DNA from: Savitreella phatthalungensis
Taxonomy: Eukaryota
Reading direction: 5' to 3'
Length of the DNA stretch: 64,000 nucleotides
Assembly (NCBI GenBank): GCA_051599415.1
Contig: AP039692.1
Location: forward strand, 372,001 to 436,000
Shown: in pieces, positions 20,928-31,400 of the stretch
Position numbering within the stretch: the stretch's first letter is position 1
How the letters are laid out: the number at the start of each line of letters is the position of its first letter
Made by a program: the position numbers and the translations under genes
The notes under the pieces: model-generated
The model's database searches: none
What the model saw: only the letters and a program-made list of their open reading frames with translations
What the model was told of the DNA's origin: nothing

Positions 20928-23497
20928 TCCTCGACGTCAAGCTGCGCATTGTCAGTTTTCCGCTTCGGGTCAGCCTCTTGTTTCCTGTACATATGAGCTA
21001 ATTCCTCCGAGGTTGAGCACTCTTCAACGGATTTGTCCTCACGCAGCTTCATGAAGCGAGGGAAGCGAATGGACATGCCGCGGTCCTCCGACACCAAGCC
21101 AATTGCTGCGGTATAGACTGGGCTGAGAGTGATGTCGGCCATCCGGACTTCCCAGACCTCGAGCGGATGAAACCAGATGTCCGGCGCCAGCGCTGAGTCG
21201 TAATTCGCAGGCGGCTGTCCAAAGAAGGTGGTGTCTGCGTGATCGGCATACTTGACCTTCATGTCCTTGTAGAATTGGTCGGTGAAGCCGGAAATACATT
21301 TACACACAGCTTGGAGGGTGCCCGTCTCGGCGTCGCGACAGGCGAGAAGGATCGGCGACCACCAAGATGCTTTGCGTCCTTGTCCGTGCCAGGCACCGAT
21401 CGGTACAAGGTCGAGCGAGTCCGCTCCCGCATCATAGTCCTTCTTGACCTTTAACCATGACTCGATACGCTGGTCAGGTGTATAGGTGGCAAGTAGCTGC
21501 TTTTTCCTGGAGCCACGCTGCTTCGTTGGCTCAACGGCGTCGTCAGAAGGCTCCTCATTTGCCGGCGCCTGCTGTGGAATTTCAATCTCATCCTCCAGCA
21601 GCTTCACCATGATGCCCTCACATTTCGCATCCGTGGCCTCCTTGTAAAACGCCCGGATTTCGTCTTGATCGGCTTCGTCGGGATGATCGATGGACCGCAC
21701 GAAGGTGAAACGATCATCTACTTCTACGAATCGTGTGCGAAGCAGGGCCCTGCGATGAGCGAGCGACTTTGATAGAAGTGATTCGCCGTCGAGATACATG
21801 AGGTCAAAGGCAAAAAGGCAGACCTGTTGTTTGACAGTGCCGACCTCGACATTTTTGCGAGCGCGGCTGGCGAGACTTTGGAAGTTGCGCATCCCCGTGA
21901 GCTTATCCCAAGCCACGACTTCGCCCTCCATCACGAAAGATTTCACACCTTTGGCGCGGATGAGCGGAATCAGAGCGCACAAGTCGGGATACTTATCGGT
22001 CATCTTTTCGAGATGCCGGGAGAAAATCGTTACGTTTCCGTCATCGTCACAGTGTATTTGCGCTCGCTGGCCGTCATACTTGAACTCGCAGGTGAAATGC
22101 TGTCCTCCAAGTCTACTGAACATGTCGTCAAGATCGCGCGTGATGAGGCCCAACATTGGTCGGAGAGGTGTACCAACCTCGATTTCATCACCATTGAGAA
22201 GCTCGGCAACGCCACCCTTGAGTAGTGCAGGAACAAGCAGATTGTAGTTCGGCTTGCGAGCGAAGTAGTTCTTGACAATTTGCTCGGCGCGCTTGAAGAC
22301 ATCCGTTCGCTCCTGCTTGTCGAGACCCGTCAATGTCACAAGCTCAGCATCGCTTGCGGCCGGCTTGTTGACTGTGAAAGCCTTTGCGAGCGCGATGAGC
22401 ATCGTTGTCTTGACGGCTCCGATCCGTAGATGCTGGACCAGTGTTCGCCCGACATAACGCGCCTCTTCTCCACGCGCAGAAAGCAGGAGCTTTTCGACCA
22501 GCTTCTGCTTCTTATCGCCTGAACCTGTCCCTTTCTGTTGGGAAATCTCCACAAGCGTTTTATAGACGCCACGTATGGTCAGAGCGGCTGGCTTTGCTAG
22601 TGTTCGAACTTTCGTCTTTGCTTCGAAGCATGTATCTCCAGCATCGCCCCACTTGTCATAAAGCTTCTTCAGATCTCGCGAGGAGATGCCAGACGTGGCC
22701 TTGATCGCTTTCGAGATGATACTGCCACCGAGTCCAAGCTCGATGTTCTCGTACGGCGGAGCAATCGCATTGGTCGTCAGCCATACGGCATCCAGTAATG
22801 AGCCTGGAGCATAGACAACGAGCATACGGAGCATGTTGGCAATGTAGTCGATGATGAGCAGCCGGCTCTTTGTCGTGTTTGTCAGGGTGAATGTATGCGC
22901 CAGTAGGCTGTATGGTACGCTCTTGTCGGTCCAGCTCTTCGCGACGTCTGCGTAGGCCAATGGATCAAAGTCAGGCGAGCCGAGGGGTAGGTCAAAGATC
23001 TTCGATTGATCTTCATCGGTCAGCTGCATCACCTTGTTCTTCTGCGGTGTCGCGGGATCAGAAGAAGTGAAGAAACCAGCACTTGAAATTGGCTGGTTAT
23101 CCTTAGCAGGAGGCGTTGTTGGTCGCCCCGAGAAAGGCTCTCGATGCTCTTCATCAGAGCCAGGCTGCTCTCCATTGGAGCCAGGATCGTCAAACTGCTC
23201 CTGAAGCTGACGGGCAAGGCGTTCGTCTGCATCGATCTGGTCTTCTTCCTGCTGCTGCAGTTTTCGAGCCAGCGCTTCGTCTGATAAGACATCATGATCT
23301 AGGTCCGGACTTGGCAGACCGTTGATGGGATCATCTGTTTGCACGGCGACAGGTTCCGGTGGCTGTCCTCGCGCGCTACGAAAAAAGTTGGCGATGTCTT
23401 GCGACGGCTTGATGAGCTTGCTGTCGATCTCAGAAATGCGCTGCTTCTTCCGCGGAGATGCTGAACTGGATCGCGTGCCTCGCTTGTTGATATCCAT
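20924..23497 (-). CDS. ATP-dependent DNA ligase I-family paralog (Adl1/fungal Lig3-like)
   Basis: Adenylation motif EFKYDGQRAQIH, MEGEVV, FAFDLMYL, EGIMVK, WLKVKKDY, DLVPIGAW.GQGRK, RFPRF. GQR rather than Cdc9-type GER suggests the paralog. Confidence 0.9.
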   Translation of the reverse strand: MDINKRGTRSSSASPRKKQRISEIDSKLIKPSQDIANFFRSARGQPPEPVAVQTDDPINGLPSPDLDHDVLSDEALARKLQQQEEDQIDADERLARQLQEQFDDPGSNGEQPGSDEEHREPFSGRPTTPPAKDNQPISSAGFFTSSDPATPQKNKVMQLTDEDQSKIFDLPLGSPDFDPLAYADVAKSWTDKSVPYSLLAHTFTLTNTTKSRLLIIDYIANMLRMLVVYAPGSLLDAVWLTTNAIAPPYENIELGLGGSIISKAIKATSGISSRDLKKLYDKWGDAGDTCFEAKTKVRTLAKPAALTIRGVYKTLVEISQQKGTGSGDKKQKLVEKLLLSARGEEARYVGRTLVQHLRIGAVKTTMLIALAKAFTVNKPAASDAELVTLTGLDKQERTDVFKRAEQIVKNYFARKPNYNLLVPALLKGGVAELLNGDEIEVGTPLRPMLGLITRDLDDMFSRLGGQHFTCEFKYDGQRAQIHCDDDGNVTIFSRHLEKMTDKYPDLCALIPLIRAKGVKSFVMEGEVVAWDKLTGMRNFQSLASRARKNVEVGTVKQQVCLFAFDLMYLDGESLLSKSLAHRRALLRTRFVEVDDRFTFVRSIDHPDEADQDEIRAFYKEATDAKCEGIMVKLLEDEIEIPQQAPANEEPSDDAVEPTKQRGSRKKQLLATYTPDQRIESWLKVKKDYDAGADSLDLVPIGAWHGQGRKASWWSPILLACRDAETGTLQAVCKCISGFTDQFYKDMKVKYADHADTTFFGQPPANYDSALAPDIWFHPLEVWEVRMADITLSPVYTAAIGLVSEDRGMSIRFPRFMKLREDKSVEECSTSEELAHMYRKQEADPKRKTDNAQLDVED

Positions 23498-24009
23498 CGC
23501 CAAGAAGTCAAAGGGTCGCCATGGTAATCGTCCTTGAGCTCGTGCTGTTATTTTGATGTGCTCTGAGAACAAGACACAAAGCTTAAGTAGATTATAAGTA
23601 CGTCATTTGTGGCTACCTGCTCCTTCTAATTGTGCCCAAATGAAGTATTTCAGAGACTGATCGAGTCAAGATCTGTTGCTCGCGTAGGTTACAGTCCAGA
23701 CGAGCGATCTGACACATACTAAGTGGTCCTGTTGGCGCATTCCACCACTGTCGTTTCCAGCATAGTACGCCAACACAATTTAGGCTAGTCATGTCTGGAG
23801 CTCGATGGACACTCCGACGTGCGTGTTCATGCGAGGATGTATTAATGGAGTCGTATGCAGCACAAGGTCAATACGATGCGATGTGTTTGGCCAGACCGAT
23901 TCCATAGACTCTCTTCTCTCTATGGCTAGTCCTTTATGGCCGCAGCTGTCTCTGCTGAAGCGCGATGCATATGCAGTCCGTGGTGTAGACGCACGAACAT
24001 GCCAAGACG

Positions 24010-26106
24010 TTATTCTGTTCCAGTTTTATCTGAGGCATCAACAGTGACAGTGCTCTGCTGCCCACTCGCCGTTTCTGCGCCAGATGGTAGCTCTCGCTCG
24101 TGGTTTTGAATGTGAACAACGTTGCCAGACTTGTGCTCAAGCTCGCCATTCTGAATAGCTTTCGTCTCTGCAATGGCCGAGTCAGCTGCTGATGTCTCGG
24201 CAATCTGCTCTTGGCCGACAGCAATCGCGTCTGCGTCAGTGACCACCAGGCCTGGGACACCTGTTGCAGCGCCTTCTGGGTGCTTCGCCGCTGACCCGCC
24301 GTTGACTACGCCATCTTGCCCTTCCTCGAGTCGCATGGTTTCTAATCGCCGCCACATGTCATCCCGCTCTTTCTCTCGCAATTCAGCCTCTTCCTGGGCT
24401 AGGTTATATTCATTCAAACATGCGTCAAAGAGATGCGGATTGATCTCCATGAACATTCGCATTGCGTTGTAGACCATGCCGTGGATAGTCCTATTCCAAT
24501 GCGACTTTGCGTTCTCGTGGAGAGCTGCAAACATGATGGGTAAGATGACGTTGACGTTTTCGCTCACGAGGGTACAGAAATACTCGTTGTTCCAGAAGTA
24601 TAGAGCGCGTTCGGCCACTTGGAAATGCTGGCTCGAGATGCTCTTGGAGAGCTGCTGGAATAAGGGAACCTGAATCTTGACGAATTCCGATGGCTCCATG
24701 ACCTCGAAGATGTCCTCGATCTCATTGAGATACATCACCTCCTTCGGACTATTGACCTTCGGCCAATATCGCAAAAGACCAACAACGACCTCTTCTGTGA
24801 GTGACGGATCCTTCTCGAGGAACTGCACGATGCAGTATGCTAGCTGTGGGTGATAGGTCTGCAGTGAGCGGACCTTGTGCATCGGGATCAATACGCGCGT
24901 CAAGAACATTTTGTGCTCCTCTTTCAACGGCAACGCAAAGCCGTTGATGATACTGCCCAGAATCTCGAGAAGTTCAGCGATACCATTGAAACGTTCTGTC
25001 TCATAGATGAACTGGAAGAAGACGTTGTTGATGGAGCGCCTGATGAATGAGCGCAAATTAAGGAATTTGCCATAGATGCGGTGCAAGGTGGTTTTGAGGA
25101 AGTCTCGCTCTCGCGGATCCTCGCTGTCAAACAATTCCAGCAAGTTCAAGACGAATTGATGGTCAATGAACTGTTTGGCAATGTTTGTGTTGAAGTCTGG
25201 CGACTCGATGAAGCGTAGAAAGAACTCGTATACCACTTGGAGATGCGGCCATGCGACCTCGAATACTGGCTCGTCTTCCTCTGGGTCGAACACCTCGGCA
25301 TAATTATTAATCGGTGGTGGGATTTGGCGAAACAGGTTGGCAGAGAACATCTTGATGACGCGCGGGTAGAGCGCTTCGGTGAGAACGTTGCGATTGTTCG
25401 CAACGTAGTCTAGAAGCTCATGCAGAGCTTCTCTCTTGATCTCCTTGCTCTTCATATCCTGAGAGGCGTCATTGAAATCGAAGATGACATTGCACTGATC
25501 CAGCTTCTGTAAGAAAAGGTCATGGCGGCTTGATGCGGGCACCTCGTGGAAATTTGGGAGCTTTTCGAGCTCGCGGTGTTCCGAGACGTGGAAGCGAGAC
25601 GAGTGCTGCCGTCTGGGCGAGCGGATGCCATCAGCCAGACCGAGATCTTTTGCCGCAGATTGCAATCTGTCGAAAGATGGGGATTTCGAAGCGTGCCGTG
25701 GAGTGACAAGATCACCTGGCATTGTTTCTGGCTGGCCAGGTGGAGGAGGTGTTACAATACCGCTCGAGCTGATGTTGACCGTAGGAATTGCCGCAGTCTT
25801 CGACTTGCTGCTGCTGGTTGGGGTTACCGGCGCCGGCTGCTGCTGCTGCTGCTGCTGCGAAACATTTGCCGGTGCAGAAGGCGCACTGTCCTGTAGACTG
25901 GAAGTTGAGGAGTTTGCCGTCGAGCCGATGTTCTCATTGCTGCTGCTTCTTTCTGTGCGAGGCTTCCCTGTGCTGAGCGACGCCGAGCTGTCGCTACTCT
26001 TCTTGCTTTCGCTAGAACTGGAGTCCTTCTCCTTCTTCTTGGACTTCGCTGCGTCTGAACCCGAACTCTTTGTCCTCGACAACACCCTGTTCTTGAAGCC
26101 CTTCAT
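24010..26106 (-). CDS. RTS1: PP2A B56 (B') regulatory subunit (Rts1/Par1)
   Basis: [63 protein letters not shown]. Confidence 0.96.
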   Translation of the reverse strand: MKGFKNRVLSRTKSSGSDAAKSKKKEKDSSSSESKKSSDSSASLSTGKPRTERSSSNENIGSTANSSTSSLQDSAPSAPANVSQQQQQQQPAPVTPTSSSKSKTAAIPTVNISSSGIVTPPPPGQPETMPGDLVTPRHASKSPSFDRLQSAAKDLGLADGIRSPRRQHSSRFHVSEHRELEKLPNFHEVPASSRHDLFLQKLDQCNVIFDFNDASQDMKSKEIKREALHELLDYVANNRNVLTEALYPRVIKMFSANLFRQIPPPINNYAEVFDPEEDEPVFEVAWPHLQVVYEFFLRFIESPDFNTNIAKQFIDHQFVLNLLELFDSEDPRERDFLKTTLHRIYGKFLNLRSFIRRSINNVFFQFIYETERFNGIAELLEILGSIINGFALPLKEEHKMFLTRVLIPMHKVRSLQTYHPQLAYCIVQFLEKDPSLTEEVVVGLLRYWPKVNSPKEVMYLNEIEDIFEVMEPSEFVKIQVPLFQQLSKSISSQHFQVAERALYFWNNEYFCTLVSENVNVILPIMFAALHENAKSHWNRTIHGMVYNAMRMFMEINPHLFDACLNEYNLAQEEAELREKERDDMWRRLETMRLEEGQDGVVNGGSAAKHPEGAATGVPGLVVTDADAIAVGQEQIAETSAADSAIAETKAIQNGELEHKSGNVVHIQNHERELPSGAETASGQQSTVTVDASDKTGTE

Positions 26107-28307
26107 GCCGGACTCTGGTGGAGCGCGAGGCTCGGAGCTCTCGTGCTTGCGCCTGTCGTTCCCGTCGGCGTGATTATGTGCGACTAATCACCCGGGATGA
26201 GTATCGTTTGCAATAGTACCTACTCAGTGCCGACCAGTAAGCACAGCGGTTGCGTAATGATGAGACTAGAAGTTGTCGATGAGTCGCCTCGTTTTCCGAT
26301 CTATGAATGGAGGTGGGCCACTCTGGCGCGTGACCGAGACCTGACGCGATATGCACAAGGGCTTTCGCCGGTGTGTAAAATGTGCTCTGTTTCGAGACTG
26401 GTGCTTATAGCCTTCTGATATCGGTCTATCCGGGAACTCAGACAGGTGGAGATGCAGAGAGTCTGGCTAGATGAGAGATTGTTTAACAGCGTTTTCTACG
26501 ATTGTGCAGGCTTGAGGTTGTTTCTCAGACTGGCATGACCGTAAGTGAGTGAACTTGCTGCGCACTGACCAGTACTGCTGCGTGTGTATGCGTGGATGGA
26601 GTAGTGAGTGCGGTTGCCTCTACGTGTGTGTGTGTGTGCGCGCGTGAGTGTGGGTGTTGGTTTGGGTGTGAGTTTACGATGCATGATGGTCTAAATCAAT
26701 TGATCTGGATATAGATACCAGCCTCAAAATCATATAAATTTATCAACTCTACCTTCACGTGGTAGCCTTTAGCTTTTAGAAGGACAGAGCAGCTTATTTT
26801 GAAATCGATCGAAGTCAGATCCATACCAATATATGCTCACTAACCGACATTCAATCGAGCTTTCAAGAATTTCATTTGATTCACGCATATTGCGTCTGAA
26901 TCCCTGATACTGCGGATACATACAGTATGCGCATTAAATCGAGTACTTTTATCGAACTGCTTCTACTATAAGGATTTAGGAATCGCTCCATCTTTTAGCC
27001 CAGATCGAACGCATATGGGCATTATGAAATCGGGGGTCTTCAATAAAAGTGCCCCTCATATGTATGCTACAGATTTCAATCTCAATTTCTTCTCCATCAT
27101 ACAACCTTAAATTGATAGGCTTGTCCTCTTTCAGACGTAATTGGATCGGCAGGCGGATGACTGTAAGCAGCATCCAAGGATGAATATTAGACAGTTTCAG
27201 CTCGAACGAACTAGGGCCAAACATCTAAAGTATGTGTTCTAGATGCATGAATTGTGTGCAGTGCAGCAAAGCACGCTTGGCTAGTGGCATCACGCTCCTG
27301 GCAGAATGATGCGAAGCGTTCGATCGTCATCCTGGTCACCATATGACTTGCAATCCTGAGGTTTTCGTCGATAACAATATTCGGCAGGATGCATTGCGAA
27401 AGTAGTCATCTTTCTTGCTTGCGAATCACTTTCCAGGCAGTGCGCATGCCAGCCGAGGGGCTCATCACGCAGACTTTACCGTAATTGTAGTGTACTTTCA
27501 CGGGAAGTCGGCAGATGTATGGATCTCGAATCCTCCGAATTGACAAATTCCTCGCGTTGGATGGCCAGAACATGTTTCTCCATCGGATTGACGAATTCTG
27601 TCGCGTGCCAGTCTCGGGTCGCTGTCCATCATCATGATTGACGTCGTTTCCCTCCAGAATCTAGCTCACACTTCCACTTCACTTCGGGCTTCTTAACGAT
27701 GATATGCTCAGCCGATCAATGTGACCTGAATCATGCCGTGAATAGACCAAACTGAATTGCACAGGCACGGAATCTTACTGCGAGTTACCCGAGATGCATT
27801 CCTTGCTATTTTCATATGCTATAGCTTAAAATGGAGCTTGATCGATGCTCGAGGTCATCTGCAGGTTTGATCTAAAAATAGACTTGCCGCTGTGCTTTCG
27901 AGCGAACATGTGTGCTTTCCATACTCAAATCAATCCAGATCTCTTCTACAGTCAATTCTGTATTTGATCAAAGTGATCTGCTCGATTCAACTTCAGCGCA
28001 GCGTTGATGCACACTCGATCCAGATTCCGCTGCGCGATGGATGCTCACATGCACGTGCGACTGCGGTGGTAGTTCACATGAAAATCGAGCGAGTTAATTA
28101 TGGTTGCACTGGTAGAAACATCGATTGTTGATCATTTAATGCAGCAATGCACACAACTGCGTGTTGAACGAACCGCGTCTTTGTAGTCACAGCGTGTCAT
28201 TGCATCCATGCATATCTCGAAGCTGCGGACATAACGTTCTTCTGCTGGTCGATAGGAATCAATAGCCTGATGTGCGGATAGACTGGCTGAGGAATGACGT
28301 CGACAAG

Positions 28308-29951
28308 ATGACAGACATGGCTTACGATGGTCGTGACGAAGAACGGCCAGCGGGTATTGACAAGCACAGTCCACGCTTTACCGGCAGGCTCGCCCAGGAA
28401 AATGATCCTCCAGACGAGCTTTTTTTCAGTATCGAGTTTCCTGGCAATGTGGTCAACATCGACAAAGCTATTGCCATGCTTGGCGGGCAAGACGGCATTC
28501 AGCGAGCAGTCTACCAGCCGGAAGATGCACGATTGGAACTACGTTTCAGACCTGATGATAGGTTCGAGCATCCTGTACAGGCTTCAGTTCTCAAGACAAG
28601 CAACCTTCTTGTTAAGCTGAAGCGCGATCGTGGTAAGGTGGTCGACCACGAGGCCGTCGCCATTATCAGGAACACAGCTCGATTTCGTGCTATTGCAGAT
28701 TATCAGTGGAACACGTCACAGTCACATTTTCTCCGCAGGCTCGACGCCGGTATTCAGGGACATGACGTTGATGACATCCTGCAATTCACTCTTGGGGAAG
28801 ACGGGGACGAACTCGTGCCAGGCATGGGTCTTGACCTATTGCCACCTCCAAACTTTTCTCAGATCAGCATTAGCCAGCATTACCTGTACCAGCCAGCAGC
28901 AGGATCTCGCAAAGTACGTGGCAGCGAAGGCGATGTACTCATGATCAATCGCACACGAGGGCAACGTCTAAACCTGATCAAGGTGGGCTTCGACGACAAA
29001 ACGCCAATGGAAGCACATCCAAATCTGAAAGATATTCACCTTGGCAAGGAGCTTGAAGAGCAGATCGAGGTCTTCAAACGGCTTTTCGAGGATCGTCCCA
29101 TGTGGACCAGGAGAGGCCTTTCGCACGAGAGCAAGAAGCTCAACCCAAACTGTTCCGACAAAGCCTTCAAGCTCTCATTATCTCATGTGGCATATGTTTT
29201 CAAGTCAGGTCCGTGGCGAGACGCTTACGCGCGATTTGGCTACGACCCGCGGACAGACGGCCGGAAGGGGGCACTTCATCAAAGCATCTATTTTACTACA
29301 ATCAAAGACAAAGCAGCCAAAACCGGCTCACAAAAGACTTCAACTTCTCATATCTTTGACGGAATGACGTTGTATCCCGAAAGCAGAGCCTTTTCCTTCC
29401 TCGACGTGGAAGATCCACAGCTTCTGCCGATCATATGGAGCGCGCCCTTGCGCCAGACACCCAACCCAATCGACGGCTTCTATGCCGCCTCATGGATGAA
29501 GGTCGTCCGCGCGGTCATGAAAGGCAAGATGACACGCCTGGTCAAGGGTGAGCTGCCGAACAGCGCCAATTGGGCAGACCGCCTTCGAGGCATCAATCAA
29601 TTGGCAGAGCAGGAGCTCGCGGACGAACGAGCGGGCATACCTCCTTCGAGAACCCCGAAATTGCCGAGAGCCGATGCAGGCAACCCTCTGGACCAAGACG
29701 AGGACGATGAGATGGGTGCGGAAAGGAACGAGCACTCTAGACCCTCGGCTGATTGGAATGCCGATGGAAGAGAAAATGACGACTATGACGACGACGATGA
29801 TAATGACGACGACAACCACCATTACAACAACGACGATACCCATCACTTTGACGATGATAGCCATATAGACCCTGAGTTGACAGCAGGGGATCCATTGGGT
29901 GACGCCCTGGCTGCTTGGGCAGAGACTGCCCCAAATGATGGGAGTACTTAG
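28308..29951 (+). CDS. TFC1: TFIIIC subunit tau95 (Tfc1/Sfc1)
   Basis: SIEFPGNVVNIDKAIAMLGG, LELRFRPDDRFEHP, RFRAIADYQ, LFEDRPMWTRR, GPWRDAYARFGYDPR, acidic C-terminal tail. Confidence 0.9.
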   Translation: MTDMAYDGRDEERPAGIDKHSPRFTGRLAQENDPPDELFFSIEFPGNVVNIDKAIAMLGGQDGIQRAVYQPEDARLELRFRPDDRFEHPVQASVLKTSNLLVKLKRDRGKVVDHEAVAIIRNTARFRAIADYQWNTSQSHFLRRLDAGIQGHDVDDILQFTLGEDGDELVPGMGLDLLPPPNFSQISISQHYLYQPAAGSRKVRGSEGDVLMINRTRGQRLNLIKVGFDDKTPMEAHPNLKDIHLGKELEEQIEVFKRLFEDRPMWTRRGLSHESKKLNPNCSDKAFKLSLSHVAYVFKSGPWRDAYARFGYDPRTDGRKGALHQSIYFTTIKDKAAKTGSQKTSTSHIFDGMTLYPESRAFSFLDVEDPQLLPIIWSAPLRQTPNPIDGFYAASWMKVVRAVMKGKMTRLVKGELPNSANWADRLRGINQLAEQELADERAGIPPSRTPKLPRADAGNPLDQDEDDEMGAERNEHSRPSADWNADGRENDDYDDDDDNDDDNHHYNNDDTHHFDDDSHIDPELTAGDPLGDALAAWAETAPNDGST

Positions 29952-30012
29952 GGAAACGTACATTATTCGTTCTTAAATATAGCCTTTTTGTACAAGAATG
30001 GTGAGAGGGGTT

Positions 30013-30924
30013 TCAGGCGGTCGATGGATCGCGTTGCTGGTCTCGGAGTGCGAGTAGTCGTGTGAGTCTTTTGGCAGCATTGAAGATGCCACTGGTACCT
30101 GCACCGCAGATGGCGCACGACGGCGTCGTCTTGTACCTGCCGACCGCACAAGCCTCGCAAAAGAAGTGGCCACACCGCGTCTCGATCGGTCGTCGGTAGT
30201 CATCTTTACAGATCACACACTTGAACGGAATCTCTGCGGCTGCCGGATCCTCAATCTGCTTCGAGAGACCTTTATACTTTCCACCAGGAGCGTCCGAGCG
30301 AGCCTCGCGTCGGGCCATCTCCCAATCGCGGTCCAATTGCCACCCTTGCTTCATATCTCCTCGGTCGTGGAGAAACTTGCAGGTGTCGCCGAAGCCGCAG
30401 AAGCCGGTCTGCTTATAGTCTTTACAGATCTCCGGATTATAGTCGACCACTGTGATGGCGCGAAGATGTGATGTCGGCGCTCTCTGAGGACCTGCGAGCT
30501 TGCCAGCCCCAGGTCTCGAGCGTTCAGCCTCAAAGGTCGCGCGCTCTGCGTCCTCGCCGCTTGCGATCGTGGCGCTAGAGACTGGCGTCGAAGCATCGTC
30601 CGTCTGCAGCAGCGCAGAAGATCTATCTCCAGCGTAGTTGTCGATGCGCAATTCGTTTGCATCCAGCTTCCGGCGCTTGAATGCAGCTGACGTCACACCG
30701 GTGCTACCGCGGACAGTGCTTGCGCTGACTTTGTGGGCGAGTTCGCTTTTGTCCTCTGTATCGCTGCCACTCGCCGAAAGATCCTCCTCCTCACTGTTGC
30801 TGGCATTGTGCTGGTCAGAGCCGTCCTTCTGTGTTGTAGCCTGCTTTGGACTTGGTTGCCGTCGCCTGACCGTCGCTGTCAGAGGTGTTCGATTCGCCCG
30901 TCGTTTGAACGTCACCTCAGCCAT
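30013..30924 (-). CDS. CWC24: Pre-mRNA splicing factor Cwc24 (CCCH + RING)
   Basis: VDYNPEICKDYKQTGFCGFGDTCKFLHDR, GWQLDRDWE, RING CVIC...CGHFFCEAC...CAIC. Confidence 0.96.
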   Translation of the reverse strand: MAEVTFKRRANRTPLTATVRRRQPSPKQATTQKDGSDQHNASNSEEEDLSASGSDTEDKSELAHKVSASTVRGSTGVTSAAFKRRKLDANELRIDNYAGDRSSALLQTDDASTPVSSATIASGEDAERATFEAERSRPGAGKLAGPQRAPTSHLRAITVVDYNPEICKDYKQTGFCGFGDTCKFLHDRGDMKQGWQLDRDWEMARREARSDAPGGKYKGLSKQIEDPAAAEIPFKCVICKDDYRRPIETRCGHFFCEACAVGRYKTTPSCAICGAGTSGIFNAAKRLTRLLALRDQQRDPSTA

Positions 30925-31400
30925 GATCGAACGCGACAAGCGCCGGACGATAGCTCTCTTTGAAGGCGAATATCACCTATGACTGCCGCGTGTTCGGATG
31001 TCCTGGTAGTCACGTCCTTGCTGAGGTCTTGTATGTAGCTGTGTGGAGAGCGTATGCGTGTTCGAGGACCCCGTGCATCTTCAGCTTGGCACGTATGCAA
31101 GTCAAGTGATCAATCTATTTCCAAAAAAAGTTTTCCTTTGTCTTTCCTCGTTTGAGTACGTGCAAGACGTGCATGCATAGACGTCCAGGACGAGGATATG
31201 CAGGATCAGCACACACCTGGAGCTTCTTGCTGTACTGTCCGTATTCGTTCAGTGGTCAACCGGGAAGCATCTGAAGTAGTAGCATTGCCTAGCTTCCGCC
31301 CGCTCGTTCACATAGACAACATCAGACCATCAACATCATAGGACATTGGCACTGCTGAGTTTGGTGCTCCTAGTAAATCTCCAGTAGCCGATCGCTGGTC

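Noticed and set aside
26697..26725. AATTGATCTGGATATAGATACCAGC resembles the 3' half of fungal TPP riboswitches
   Set aside because: The upstream CTGAGA element and the downstream GCGAAAG are missing, the loop is altered, and no thiamine gene is adjacent
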